Source of the DNA: an uncultured Acidobacteriota bacterium
GTDB lineage: Bacteria > Acidobacteriota > Vicinamibacteria > Vicinamibacterales > UBA2999
NCBI GenBank assembly: GCA_963709325.1
Contig: CAVPVV010000003.1
Coordinates: forward strand, 192,329 to 256,328
DNA: 64,000 bases
Direction of reading: 5' to 3'
Positions 29,490 to 38,247 of the stretch are shown piece after piece. Below the pieces are notes generated by a model that was not told the DNA's origin, did not search any database, and saw only the letters and a list, made by a program, of their open reading frames with translations. Within the stretch, counting starts at the first letter, position 1. Every line of letters starts with the position of its first letter. Made by a program: the position numbers and the translations under genes.

Positions 29490-30382
29490 GCGCAATTTCT
29501 CGCGCGCTGAGCGATGCGTGGCAGGCCCAGGCCGAGTGGTCGGCCCGCGCCAGCACGCTCAAGACCCGGATTGCCGGGCAGCGTTCCAGGGTCCTCTATC
29601 TCCTGGCAGCGGCGGCCTTCTTCGGCGGCCTTGCCGCGTGGCTCACGGCGGCCGGCACGGCGCCGGGCGCACGTGTTCGGGCCGTGTCCGGCACCTCCGC
29701 GATCCTGGCGGCACTCGCGGCCACCATGCAACGGGCCGCAGGCCAGGTGAAAACGGTGGAGCAATGGAACCGGGCCCGCTCGGTGTCCGAAGCGCTCAAG
29801 GAAGCCGTCTACCGCTACCGCACCGGCACCGGCCGGTATGCAGCCGACCGCGACAACGCGCTCAGGGGACGGGTTGAAGAGATCGTTCAGCGCGCGCAGG
29901 ACCTGCTTGCGATAACAGTCCCGACTAAGTCGCCCTCGCGTGAGCCCCCGCCAGACCTCGACGCCGCGGCATACGTCGAGCGGCGGGTAAAGCAGCAGAT
30001 CGACGGCTACTACCTGAAACAGGTCGCGACGCTGTCAGCCAGCCGCGCGCGCTGGCAACTCGCAGAACAGGGTCTGCTGTACTCCGGCGCCATCATCGGG
30101 GCGCTGGCCGCCTCCCTGCCTGCCGCCTCGCTGGCCCCGTGGGTGGCCGTCGCCACGACAATTGCCGGAGCAGTCGCCGCGCAGGCCGAGGCGTCACGTT
30201 TCAGCCACCTGATCGTGTCGTACCAGGCGACGGCGGATCGCCTCCGCGCCATCGAGTCCAAGTTCACGGACGATCGGGATCGCGGGTTGACGATCGACTT
30301 CGAGGTGCTGGTCAATCGCGCCGAGGACGCGATCTCGGTGGAGAACCAGGCGTGGATGGCGGCCTGGTCGCGGAATGCGTGA
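29486..30382 (+). CDS. tandem SLATT/DUF4231-type 2TM membrane protein
   Basis: There are two modules. Each has a helix, then two TM segments, then an amphipathic helix. Module 1 is AEWSARASTLKTR..[LYLLAAAAFFGGLAAWLTAAG][VSGTSAILAALAATM]..VEQWNRARSVSEALKEAVYRYRTGTGRY. Module 2 is YYLKQVATLSASRARWQLAEQ[GLLYSGAIIGALAASL][WVAVATTIAGAVAAQ]..FSHLIVSYQATADRLRAIE. Confidence 0.65.
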   Translation: MSAISRALSDAWQAQAEWSARASTLKTRIAGQRSRVLYLLAAAAFFGGLAAWLTAAGTAPGARVRAVSGTSAILAALAATMQRAAGQVKTVEQWNRARSVSEALKEAVYRYRTGTGRYAADRDNALRGRVEEIVQRAQDLLAITVPTKSPSREPPPDLDAAAYVERRVKQQIDGYYLKQVATLSASRARWQLAEQGLLYSGAIIGALAASLPAASLAPWVAVATTIAGAVAAQAEASRFSHLIVSYQATADRLRAIESKFTDDRDRGLTIDFEVLVNRAEDAISVENQAWMAAWSRNA

Positions 30383-30391
30383 AGCGGATGA

Positions 30392-31255
30392 CTACGGCGA
30401 GATCGCCAGAGACGGGTAGGTGAACAACAGGAGATGAATGGTGTTCAGGCCGGCGTGAGCCAGAATGGCCGCGGCGATGGAGCCCGTGGATGCGTAAATC
30501 CATCCGTACCCAATCCCCGCCACCGCTGAGACCAGCACGTACACCGGCCCGCCGGCGATGTGGGCGACGCCGAACAACAGTCCTCCGACCACAATCGCCA
30601 GCACGCTCCGAGGATCGGCACGACGCTCGGCCAGCGTGCTGTGAACGACGCCGCGGAACGCGGCTTCCTCCGGCAGCGCGGTCAGCACCAGCATGATGCC
30701 GAGCCACATCGGCCACCACGAGGGAAGCTTGGGATCCCAGCGCAGGTAGCCAGTCGCCAGCGCCACGACGATGGCCGCAGCGACGACCATAAGGAAGCGA
30801 GCAAGAGACGCCGCCAGTGGTCGCGGCCCGCGGTCCTCCTGCACACGTTCGGGCACATACAAGCCCAGCAGGACCAGTCCCGCGAGGGCTTTGTCGACGT
30901 TGAGGTATTGCGTGTAGGGAACGGCGCCCGGCGAGAGCACGACGTGGTCAATGACCACCGGATTCGCAAATCCAGGCAGCACGTGCAGAAACAAGCCGGT
31001 CGTCACCGCAAGGACGTAGGCATGCGCCAGCCACCTGATTACTGAGTGACTCCCCTGATGAGCGTATGCGGCAGCGGCGGCCAACCCGAGGACGATTGCC
31101 AGGCCGGTGCCATTCACGAATCCCTCGACAACCGCGAATCCGATCGCCGCGAGCGCCGGTAACGTCCAGATGCGTCGCGCTGCTATCCCGGCGAGATCGC
31201 GGGGCCACCACAAGCCTGCGGCGGCCAGACTCAGGAACCAGAACGTCGCCGGCAT
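30392..31255 (-). CDS. CPBP-family intramembrane glutamic endopeptidase (CAAX protease/Abi family)
   Basis: Polytopic membrane protein with the family motifs LPEEAAFRGVV, FGVAHIAGG and AILAHAGLN. Confidence 0.8.
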   Translation of the reverse strand: MPATFWFLSLAAAGLWWPRDLAGIAARRIWTLPALAAIGFAVVEGFVNGTGLAIVLGLAAAAAYAHQGSHSVIRWLAHAYVLAVTTGLFLHVLPGFANPVVIDHVVLSPGAVPYTQYLNVDKALAGLVLLGLYVPERVQEDRGPRPLAASLARFLMVVAAAIVVALATGYLRWDPKLPSWWPMWLGIMLVLTALPEEAAFRGVVHSTLAERRADPRSVLAIVVGGLLFGVAHIAGGPVYVLVSAVAGIGYGWIYASTGSIAAAILAHAGLNTIHLLLFTYPSLAISP

Positions 31256-31374
31256 CAGCGTGCCGGCAGCGACTTCATCATCTCTATCCCGATCGCCACT
31301 GTCGCGATGCTAGCACTCATGAGGTTGCTTCCGGGGCCGCTCTGATTGCACGATGCTTGCAAGGACACGCCCTC

Positions 31375-33123
31375 GTGAAACGCCGCCGTTTGCCGGTCCC
31401 GGACACAGCCTGGCCTCCGCCGCCATCGTCCGACGAGCCGGAAGTCACGCTCTTCAACCTCCCTGGGCCGCGGCGAGCAGGTGCCAACGTCGTGGACGTC
31501 AACGGCGCTCCCCGCCTCAACATTGGTGGGAGATCCATTGCCCCGCCTACGTCGCCGGTTGACGTACTGCCGGCGGATGAGGTGACAGGCCTCCAGGATT
31601 TCGAGTTCGAACGGCGCGACGATTTCCCCCTCGAACAGATCGCGCCCCGTTCAGGGAAGCCGCGATCCGCGGATGCCGAGCTCAATCGGAACGACGGCCC
31701 CGCCCGAGTGGAGCCGCAAGCGCCACCGACACTTGCAGCTGAGCCAGACCGAGCGCCAACGCCGCCAGTTGTGCAGCAGCCTGATCCAACAGACGAGGCA
31801 GCCGGTCTGGACGCGTTTGTCGCAGAACTGGACGCGTTTGCCGCAGAGACTGTGGCACATGAGCTGGAGCAACCACGAATCGAGGATCTGGATCTCGGAT
31901 CGCGGGAATCGCACGCTCCTTTCGCTAGGGATATCGGGGGGCCGGTCGGGCCAACGCCACCCGCCGAGGCGCCGTTTGTTGAGCATGAAGGCGACACGGC
32001 GTGGCCGAAGACCGGACCGCTGCCGGCAATCACTTTCAATGCCGAGCCTGAGAGCCGCTCCCGAGCGAGGAAGATCGCTGCGTCCCTGGCAGCCGTCGCG
32101 GCGCTCGTGTTGTTCGCATTCGCGGTGCTGTTGATTCTGCTGGCCAAGGCTGACGAGTTCATGGCGCGGAAATCGGTCTCGCCGTCGTCCGACGATTCAT
32201 CAGCGCCGGCAGCTGCAGGTGCAGATCGGGATGCTGCTCCACCGCCCGACGCTCCTTCGACAGCACCCAGCGTGGAGACACCTGCAGCGGCGGTTGCCAC
32301 TGCTGGCATCGCCACCCCGCGTGACAAGGACCGGTCGAAGGACGCCGAGACCAGCAGTCTGGGGATCTCGGGGTCGGACACCACTCCAGCCGCCGCTACG
32401 CCGCCCGTGACGGCCCAACCGAAGAGCACAGCGCCAGCGAGCCGTCCATACGCCTCCGAAACGACGGCGCCGCGACCGACGACGGTCCGACCGCCTGCGC
32501 CAGCCATATCGGCCGCGTCACGACCCACACCGCCGCCTCCGCCACCATCGACCGGAAGATCACCAGGTGCGGCGACGGCACCACCGGCATCGATGGCGAA
32601 CTCGAGTTCCGCGGTCGCGCCCGCCACGCCGCCGGCGCGAGAGACCGCCCCGACAGCAAACGCCCGCTCCGAGCCGCCTCGCTTCATCCCTGACCCACCG
32701 ATCGCTGAACCGGTTGCGGAGGACACCGAACGGCCGCGGACCGAGCCGGCACCAGTCGCCCCTGCTCCGCCGCCTGCCGCGGCAGCGAGAGAGCTGACCG
32801 CCAGCGAAGGCATGGCCGCGGCGCTCGAACAGCTTCAGATGGCCTACGCGCGTCGCGACGCGGCGAGGGTGAAGGAAATCTGGCCCTCGGTCGACGCCCG
32901 GGCCCTGTCCAAAGCGTTCGAGGGGCTGCGCGCGCAGACGCTTACCTTCGAGGCCTGTCAGACTCGTGCGGAGGCTCGCACCGGCGAAGTTGCATGCCGC
33001 GGCGAAACGACCTACGTGCCGCGGGTCGGCGGCCCGGACCCGAGGACCGAGTCGCGGCAATGGCGATTCCGGATGGCAAAGCGCGGTACAGGCTGGGTGA
33101 TCGATAGCGTCACGGTGCGCTGA
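31375..33123 (+). CDS. Pro/Ala-rich single-pass membrane protein with C-terminal NTF2/SnoaL-like domain
   Basis: The frame opens at 31066 but there overlaps the CPBP gene on the other strand, so GTG 31375 is proposed as the start (low certainty). The TM helix is KIAASLAAVAALVLFAFAVLLILLA. About 230 aa of low-complexity P/A/T/S follow. The compact C-terminus is ALEQLQMAYARRDAARVKEIWPS...WRFRMAKRGTGWVIDSVTV. Confidence 0.5.
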   Translation: MKRRRLPVPDTAWPPPPSSDEPEVTLFNLPGPRRAGANVVDVNGAPRLNIGGRSIAPPTSPVDVLPADEVTGLQDFEFERRDDFPLEQIAPRSGKPRSADAELNRNDGPARVEPQAPPTLAAEPDRAPTPPVVQQPDPTDEAAGLDAFVAELDAFAAETVAHELEQPRIEDLDLGSRESHAPFARDIGGPVGPTPPAEAPFVEHEGDTAWPKTGPLPAITFNAEPESRSRARKIAASLAAVAALVLFAFAVLLILLAKADEFMARKSVSPSSDDSSAPAAAGADRDAAPPPDAPSTAPSVETPAAAVATAGIATPRDKDRSKDAETSSLGISGSDTTPAAATPPVTAQPKSTAPASRPYASETTAPRPTTVRPPAPAISAASRPTPPPPPPSTGRSPGAATAPPASMANSSSAVAPATPPARETAPTANARSEPPRFIPDPPIAEPVAEDTERPRTEPAPVAPAPPPAAAARELTASEGMAAALEQLQMAYARRDAARVKEIWPSVDARALSKAFEGLRAQTLTFEACQTRAEARTGEVACRGETTYVPRVGGPDPRTESRQWRFRMAKRGTGWVIDSVTVR

Positions 33124-33141
33124 TGGCGCCAGGCGCCGGCC

Positions 33142-34317
33142 TCACCGTGCGAAGGCGTAGTCGAACCCGAACAGCACGGCCATGTCCGGTCGCAGGCCGC
33201 GGCTGGTCAGAGGTATGGCCACGTTGACGTTGGCCAGCCAGGTCCCGCTCACATTCCACTTCGCGCCAAGCACGACCGATGACGTATTCACACTGTCGCC
33301 AGTACTTGTCAGGCGAATGGTATCGACTCCGGCGAGCTGCGGGTGCGGCACCCGCTCCTGGACGAGGCTGCCGACGTCGCCGATTCGCCGTCCGAGGAGC
33401 TCGGCCACCAGCGTCAGCGGGCTCAGGGGCGTCACCGTAAACGCGCCGCGATAATCGAGCACGTTCGCCAGGCCCCCGAACGACGTTCCGAAATTACCGT
33501 GCACGCCAATCGATCCCGACTCGGCCGACCCGATGAAGACCGTACGAAACGAGGTCTCCCCAGAGCCGAGCAGATCTTCCTCGCGGCCGGTCGGAAGCCT
33601 GACCTCCTGTACGAGAGACACGCCACTCGGACCGCGGCTCCAGACGTTGAACTTGCCGCGGAACGCGATGTCCCCTAAGCCGGACGCCTCGGCATTCGCG
33701 CCTGCCTGCAACAGGCTCGACCCGCGATAGACGTTGATCCGCGACCCCTCCATGGTCAACGCGACGATCGGCACCGCCACCCCCACGTCGATGCGGTCGT
33801 GCAGACCCACATTGCCGAAGAGCGTCAGCGTGGTCGAGCGCATGTCGAGCGTGAGGGTTTCGACGTCGAACGGCTGGGCCTCATCACGAAACTGATTGGC
33901 GATGGTCACGAACGAGCCGTCGAGCAGATCGTTGTCGTCCAGGTGGGAGTAATGCGCCACCTGCGCCTGCGCGCCGACCGACACGCGTCGCGCGCCGATG
34001 GTGAGGCTGCGCTCGGTGAAGAACGGCCCGAAGTTGCCGGTGGCGCGCTCGACGGTGCCGATCGCCGGATTGAACCGATACGAAAAGCCTCCCGACGACG
34101 AGCTGAGCGGCGTGGTGGTCAATTCAATCAGGAGCAGCCGCTCGATGGTGTCGCGGGTGACCTCCGCCGACTGGCGGTCTTTGACGAAGTCGCCAGTCGC
34201 CACCGCCTGGGTTGTAAGGAGGAACGAGAGCGTATCGACGAGCGAATCCTGAGCGTCGGCAGGCCGAACGCAGAGAAGCGTCAAGAGGACGGTGACGGGG
34301 AATAGTGTGCGCGTCAT
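33142..34317 (-). CDS. putative outer-membrane beta-barrel protein
   Basis: ATG at 34317 (ATGA overlap with the upstream repeat-protein gene) gives the signal peptide MTRTLFPVTVLLTLLCVRPADAQ. The body has an alternating beta-strand pattern. The C-terminus is AVLFGFDYAFAR. The ORF-track extension to 34785 is non-coding-looking. Confidence 0.6.
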   Translation of the reverse strand: MTRTLFPVTVLLTLLCVRPADAQDSLVDTLSFLLTTQAVATGDFVKDRQSAEVTRDTIERLLLIELTTTPLSSSSGGFSYRFNPAIGTVERATGNFGPFFTERSLTIGARRVSVGAQAQVAHYSHLDDNDLLDGSFVTIANQFRDEAQPFDVETLTLDMRSTTLTLFGNVGLHDRIDVGVAVPIVALTMEGSRINVYRGSSLLQAGANAEASGLGDIAFRGKFNVWSRGPSGVSLVQEVRLPTGREEDLLGSGETSFRTVFIGSAESGSIGVHGNFGTSFGGLANVLDYRGAFTVTPLSPLTLVAELLGRRIGDVGSLVQERVPHPQLAGVDTIRLTSTGDSVNTSSVVLGAKWNVSGTWLANVNVAIPLTSRGLRPDMAVLFGFDYAFAR

Positions 34318-36525
34318 CGGCCTTCTCGTACGGCCAACGCCAGCATCGAATTGTCGGGCTGGATGACGCCGGTGACGGTGACGGTGTCGCCATTTCTGAT
34401 TCGATCGCAGCGGCTTCCGTAGACCGTCGCCGCGGTGGCGTGAACCAGCGTGCCGCCGACCGTGAACGTCAGCGCCGGGCAACTGCCGCTCAGTCCCGAG
34501 ACCGCGCCGGACACCTCGATGGAGACCGGAGGTGCCGCAGCCTGGGAAATGGCAACTCCAACGCCCACAACCGTAAGGGTGGCGTTGCGCGCCGCACCTG
34601 TGTTTGCCGCGACCGAGTATCGGGCGGTGCCGTCCCCGGTGCCCGCGCCTGTCGTCACGGTAATCCACGAGTCGGTCGTCGTGGCCGTCCAGGCACAGCT
34701 GGCTGCCGACGCGTTGACGCTGACCGTGCCGGTGCCTCCGGTATCGGTGAACGACTGCGACGTGGGGTTCACGGTGAACGTGCACGGCGGCGCCGCGGCC
34801 TGGGTCACCGTGAACATCGCGCCGGCGATGGTCATTGTCCCGGTTCGCGCGCCACCGCTGTTGGCGGCGACGGTGTAGCGCACGTCACCGTCACCGGTTC
34901 TGCTGTTCCCGGCCGTGATTGTGATCCACGGGGCGTTCGAGGCCGCCGTCCACGCGCAGCTGTTTGCGGACGCATTGACGTTGACGCGCTCGTCAACACC
35001 GGCGGAGGCGACCGACTGGGACGTCGGGGACAAGGTGAACGTGCACGCCGGCGGCGCCGCGGATTGCGTGACCGTAATGGCGATCCCGGCGACGGTGAGC
35101 GCCCCGGTTCGCGCCGCCACCGGTATTGGTAGCGACTGTAAAGCGAGCGTTGCCCTCGCCGGTGCCCGATCCGGCGGCAACGGTAATCCACGGCACGCCG
35201 GACGTCGCCGTCCATGCGCAACTCGGCGCGGACGTGGTCACGTGAATCGTGACCTCGCCACCGGCGTTGTCGACCGACGGTGTCCGGGGCGACGCGTCGA
35301 ACGTGCAGGTGGGCGCGGGGGCAGCGGCTTGCGTGATCGTGACGGTGGCGCCTGCGACGCTCACGGTTCCGCTCCGCTCGGCGCCCGTGTTGACGGCAAC
35401 CGTATAGCGGAGGGTGGCGGAGCCGTTACCGCCGCCGCTCGCGAGTGAAATCCACGATGCGCTGGTCGCCGCCGTCCACGTGCAGCTCGCTGTCGAGGCG
35501 GTGATTCGAATCGTGCCGTCGCCGCCCGCCGCGGCGAACGATTCGGTATTCGGCGACACGGTGAAAACGCACCCGGCCGGCGGAGCGGCTGCCTGGGTGA
35601 CGCGGATCGTCGAACCCGCGACGCTCAAATTGCCGGTGCGCTCGCCCCCGGTGTTGGCCGCGACGGTGTACCGTGCCGTGCCGTTGCCGTTGCCGGCAGT
35701 CGTCACCATGGTGATCCACGGAACGCTCGAGGCCGCCGCCCAGACGCATGACGAAGAGGAGGCGGCGACGGTAACCGCGCCGTCCCCGCCGCTGCTCCCG
35801 TACGATGCCGACGTAGGGGAGGGGTTGAACTGACAACCGGGCTGGGGAGGCTGCGGGTTGGGATTGGTGGGTGAAGTCGAACCTGGCTGACTGACCGTGT
35901 AACTTTGTCCACCGATGAGAACGGCCGCCTCCCGAGACTCGCCGCCATTGGCCGCCACGACAATCGAGACCACGCCGTTGCCGTTCCCCTGCCGGCCCTG
36001 GCTGATCTGGACCCACTCGACCTGGCTGGTTGCCGTCCACGCGCACCCGCTAGGAGCGGTGACGGTCACCGCCAGGGAGGCCCCTTCGGCCGGTGCTTCC
36101 GCGCCAGGGGCGCTCAGCGCGTAGCTGCACGCAGCGGCTGCCTGGACAACATCCACGCGCTGGTCGTTGACGACGACGGCGCCGCGCCGCGACGACACGG
36201 CAGTATTCGCCGTGGTCGTGAACCGCAGCGTGCTCTGCCCTTGTCCGCTGGTCGGCGGCGTCAGGCGGATCCAGTCCGCATCGGCCCGCGCATCCCACGT
36301 GCAGTCGCGATCGACCGTGATGTTCACCTGGCCGGTGCCGCCATTCGCGTCGACGGTCGATGGCGACGCGGCGAGGGTCATGCCGCAGCGGCCGCCCGCG
36401 GTCGGCGATGTCGTAGTTTCAGACTTTGACGAGCAGGCCGCACCGAACACGGCGAGGCACAGCAGCATCGCCACCGAGCACCGCGTGCGCGTAAAGCTCA
36501 GGTAGTAACTCGGGCGTACACGCAT
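34314..36525 (-). CDS. lipoprotein with seven BACON-like Ig repeats and a C-terminal beta-barrel (DUF5666-like) domain; one apparent frame break near 35118
   Basis: Signal/lipobox MRVRPSYYLSFTRTRCSVAMLLCLAVFGAACSS. The repeat unit is C.[WF]T.SP....G..G.V.V.AS...C.WTA.S...WI.......G.G.....V..N.G..R.G...V.G....V.Q. ORFs 34993-36555 and 34314-35180 join within a repeat (NTG|AARTGALTVAG). Confidence 0.7.
34527..36420. repeat. tandem ~270-290 bp coding repeats (BACON-like domain modules x7)
   Basis: The C.W.A...WI...G.G.G...Y.V..N.G..R motif recurs seven times in the translation of the minus strand. The boundaries are approximate. Confidence 0.6.
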
Positions 36526-36660
36526 CTCGCTTAGGCGATGCAAACTGCCAGCCACGCTCGGGTGGAAGCGCGCTACACACGCGCGCGTTTGTCATAGCCG
36601 TCAGCTACACATGGGCTGCGCGAGCGGAGTGGCGCGGCCCACGCCCCCGACGAGCGTCAG

Positions 36661-37395
36661 TCAGAGCGATGCGATCAATGTCCGCAGACTGAGCAGTACG
36701 ATCAGCACGCCGACGGCGATCATGAGACGAGTGGCCTCGAGCCGTCGGGCGAGGGTCGCGGCAAGCGGGGCGGCGAGAGCGCCGCCCAGGCACAGTCCGA
36801 GCACGACCGGCCAGTTGCCGATGCCGATGGTCAGAACGAACGTCGCGGACTGAACGACGGTCACGAAGAACTCCGCGCGATTCACCGATCCGATCGCCAT
36901 GCGCGGCTCGTGCCCGCGCTCGACCAGCGTCGAGGTGACGATCGGTCCCCATCCGCCGCCGCCAATCGCGTCCATCAAGCCGCCGACGAACCCGAGTACT
37001 TCCATCTGCCTGCCGGTGACGTGAGCCGTCGGCCGCTCGCTGAACGCCTTGCGGATGATGCGCACACCCATGACCGCGAGATAGATCGCCACCCACGGCT
37101 TCAGCGCGTCGCCCGGCAGGGCCGATAACAGGTACGCGCCGATCGCGCCGCCGATCATTCCGGGCCAGACCAGACTGCGAAAGAGCGCCGGATCGACGTT
37201 GCCCAGCCGCCAGTGGAAGTGGCCGGAGATGCCGCTGGTGACGATCTCGGCCATGTGAACGCTGGCGCTCGCTGCCGCCGGCGAGTAGCCGAAGGCCAGC
37301 AGCATCGACGTGCAGGACACGCCGTAGGCCATGCCCAGCGCGCCGTCGATGGTCTGCGCGACGAATCCGGTGAGGGCAAACAGGAAGAAGTCCAA
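36661..37395 (-). CDS. TauE/SafE-family (DUF81) anion exporter
   Basis: MDFFLFALTGFVAQTIDGALGMAYGVSCTSMLLAFG...VHMAEIVTSGISGHFHWRLGNVD, with 7-8 TM helices typical of the family. Confidence 0.8.
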   Translation of the reverse strand: MDFFLFALTGFVAQTIDGALGMAYGVSCTSMLLAFGYSPAAASASVHMAEIVTSGISGHFHWRLGNVDPALFRSLVWPGMIGGAIGAYLLSALPGDALKPWVAIYLAVMGVRIIRKAFSERPTAHVTGRQMEVLGFVGGLMDAIGGGGWGPIVTSTLVERGHEPRMAIGSVNRAEFFVTVVQSATFVLTIGIGNWPVVLGLCLGGALAAPLAATLARRLEATRLMIAVGVLIVLLSLRTLIASL

Positions 37396-37520
37396 CGGTG
37401 GACCTCAGGCGGGGCGCACGGGGCGCCACCCTGCTGCGATGACACCTGGAGGGTCGGCTACAATCTGCGCCAGCAACCCAACCATTCTAGCCGCGACGAG
37501 CAGAACATCGCGCGGCTGTC

Positions 37521-38240
37521 ATGGAGCCACGCATGCGACCCACCTGTCGGAAGCGCTCGACGATCGCCAGCCTCGCCGTGATGATCGCGCTGAGCGCCGC
37601 CGTAACCGGCGCGATCGTCCAACCCGGTCCGGATCCGCGGCGCTTCGAGTCGGAGGTCGCCGAGTTCGAAGCCGCCGACCGGGCGACGCCGCCTCCCGAC
37701 GGCGCGGTCCTCTTCGTCGGCAGTTCGAGCATCCGCTACTGGGACGTTGCCGCGGCGTTTCCCGGAAGGAGCGCGATCAAGCGCGGGTTCGGCGGCTCGC
37801 ACGTTTCCGACAACATCTACTTCGCCGATCGCCTCATCTTTCGCTACAAGCCGCCGCTGATCGTGTTCTACGCCGGCGACGCCGACGTCGCCGCCGGCAA
37901 GCAGGCGGAGCAGATCGCGGCCGACTACCGCACTCTTATCGCCGCCATCCACACGCGTCTGCCCGCGACTCGCGTTATCGTCATCGGCACCAAGCCAAGC
38001 CCGGCGCACTGGGCGCAGATGAGCACGATTCGCGGCGCGAACGCGTCGGTGAAGGCGCTGGCCGATGCCGATCCGCTCATCGAGTACATCGATGTGGAAT
38101 CCGCGCTCCTTGGAGCGGACGGCAAGCCGCGCCCCGAGCTGTACGCGGAGAACGGCCTGAACTTGAACGAGCGCGGTTACGAGCGATGGAACGCGGCCGT
38201 CAGGCCGGTTATAGAGAAGAACTGGCCGCCGAAGAAATGA
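37521..38240 (+). CDS. SGNH/GDSL-type hydrolase (secreted)
   Basis: Signal anchor IASLAVMIALSAAVTGA. Block I is VLFVGSSSIRYW. The remainder is YAGDADV...GTKPSP...LNLNERGYERW, consistent with SGNH esterases. Confidence 0.7.
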   Translation: MEPRMRPTCRKRSTIASLAVMIALSAAVTGAIVQPGPDPRRFESEVAEFEAADRATPPPDGAVLFVGSSSIRYWDVAAAFPGRSAIKRGFGGSHVSDNIYFADRLIFRYKPPLIVFYAGDADVAAGKQAEQIAADYRTLIAAIHTRLPATRVIVIGTKPSPAHWAQMSTIRGANASVKALADADPLIEYIDVESALLGADGKPRPELYAENGLNLNERGYERWNAAVRPVIEKNWPPKK

Positions 38241-38247
38241 GCCAGCC

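Noticed and set aside
21061-31255. Possibility that the TIR/patatin/SLATT locus sits on a mobile genomic or defence island.
   Set aside because: I see no integrase, transposase, tRNA, flanking direct repeats or visible compositional shift. An island cannot be supported from this window alone.
31304-31361. CGATGCT(A/T)GCA repeated 46 bp apart upstream of the CPBP gene, considered as a TAGCAT-type promoter.
   Set aside because: There is no acceptable -35 hexamer at 16-18 nt, and GCTAGC is self-complementary, so the strand assignment is ambiguous. It is mentioned only as a weak sixth instance.
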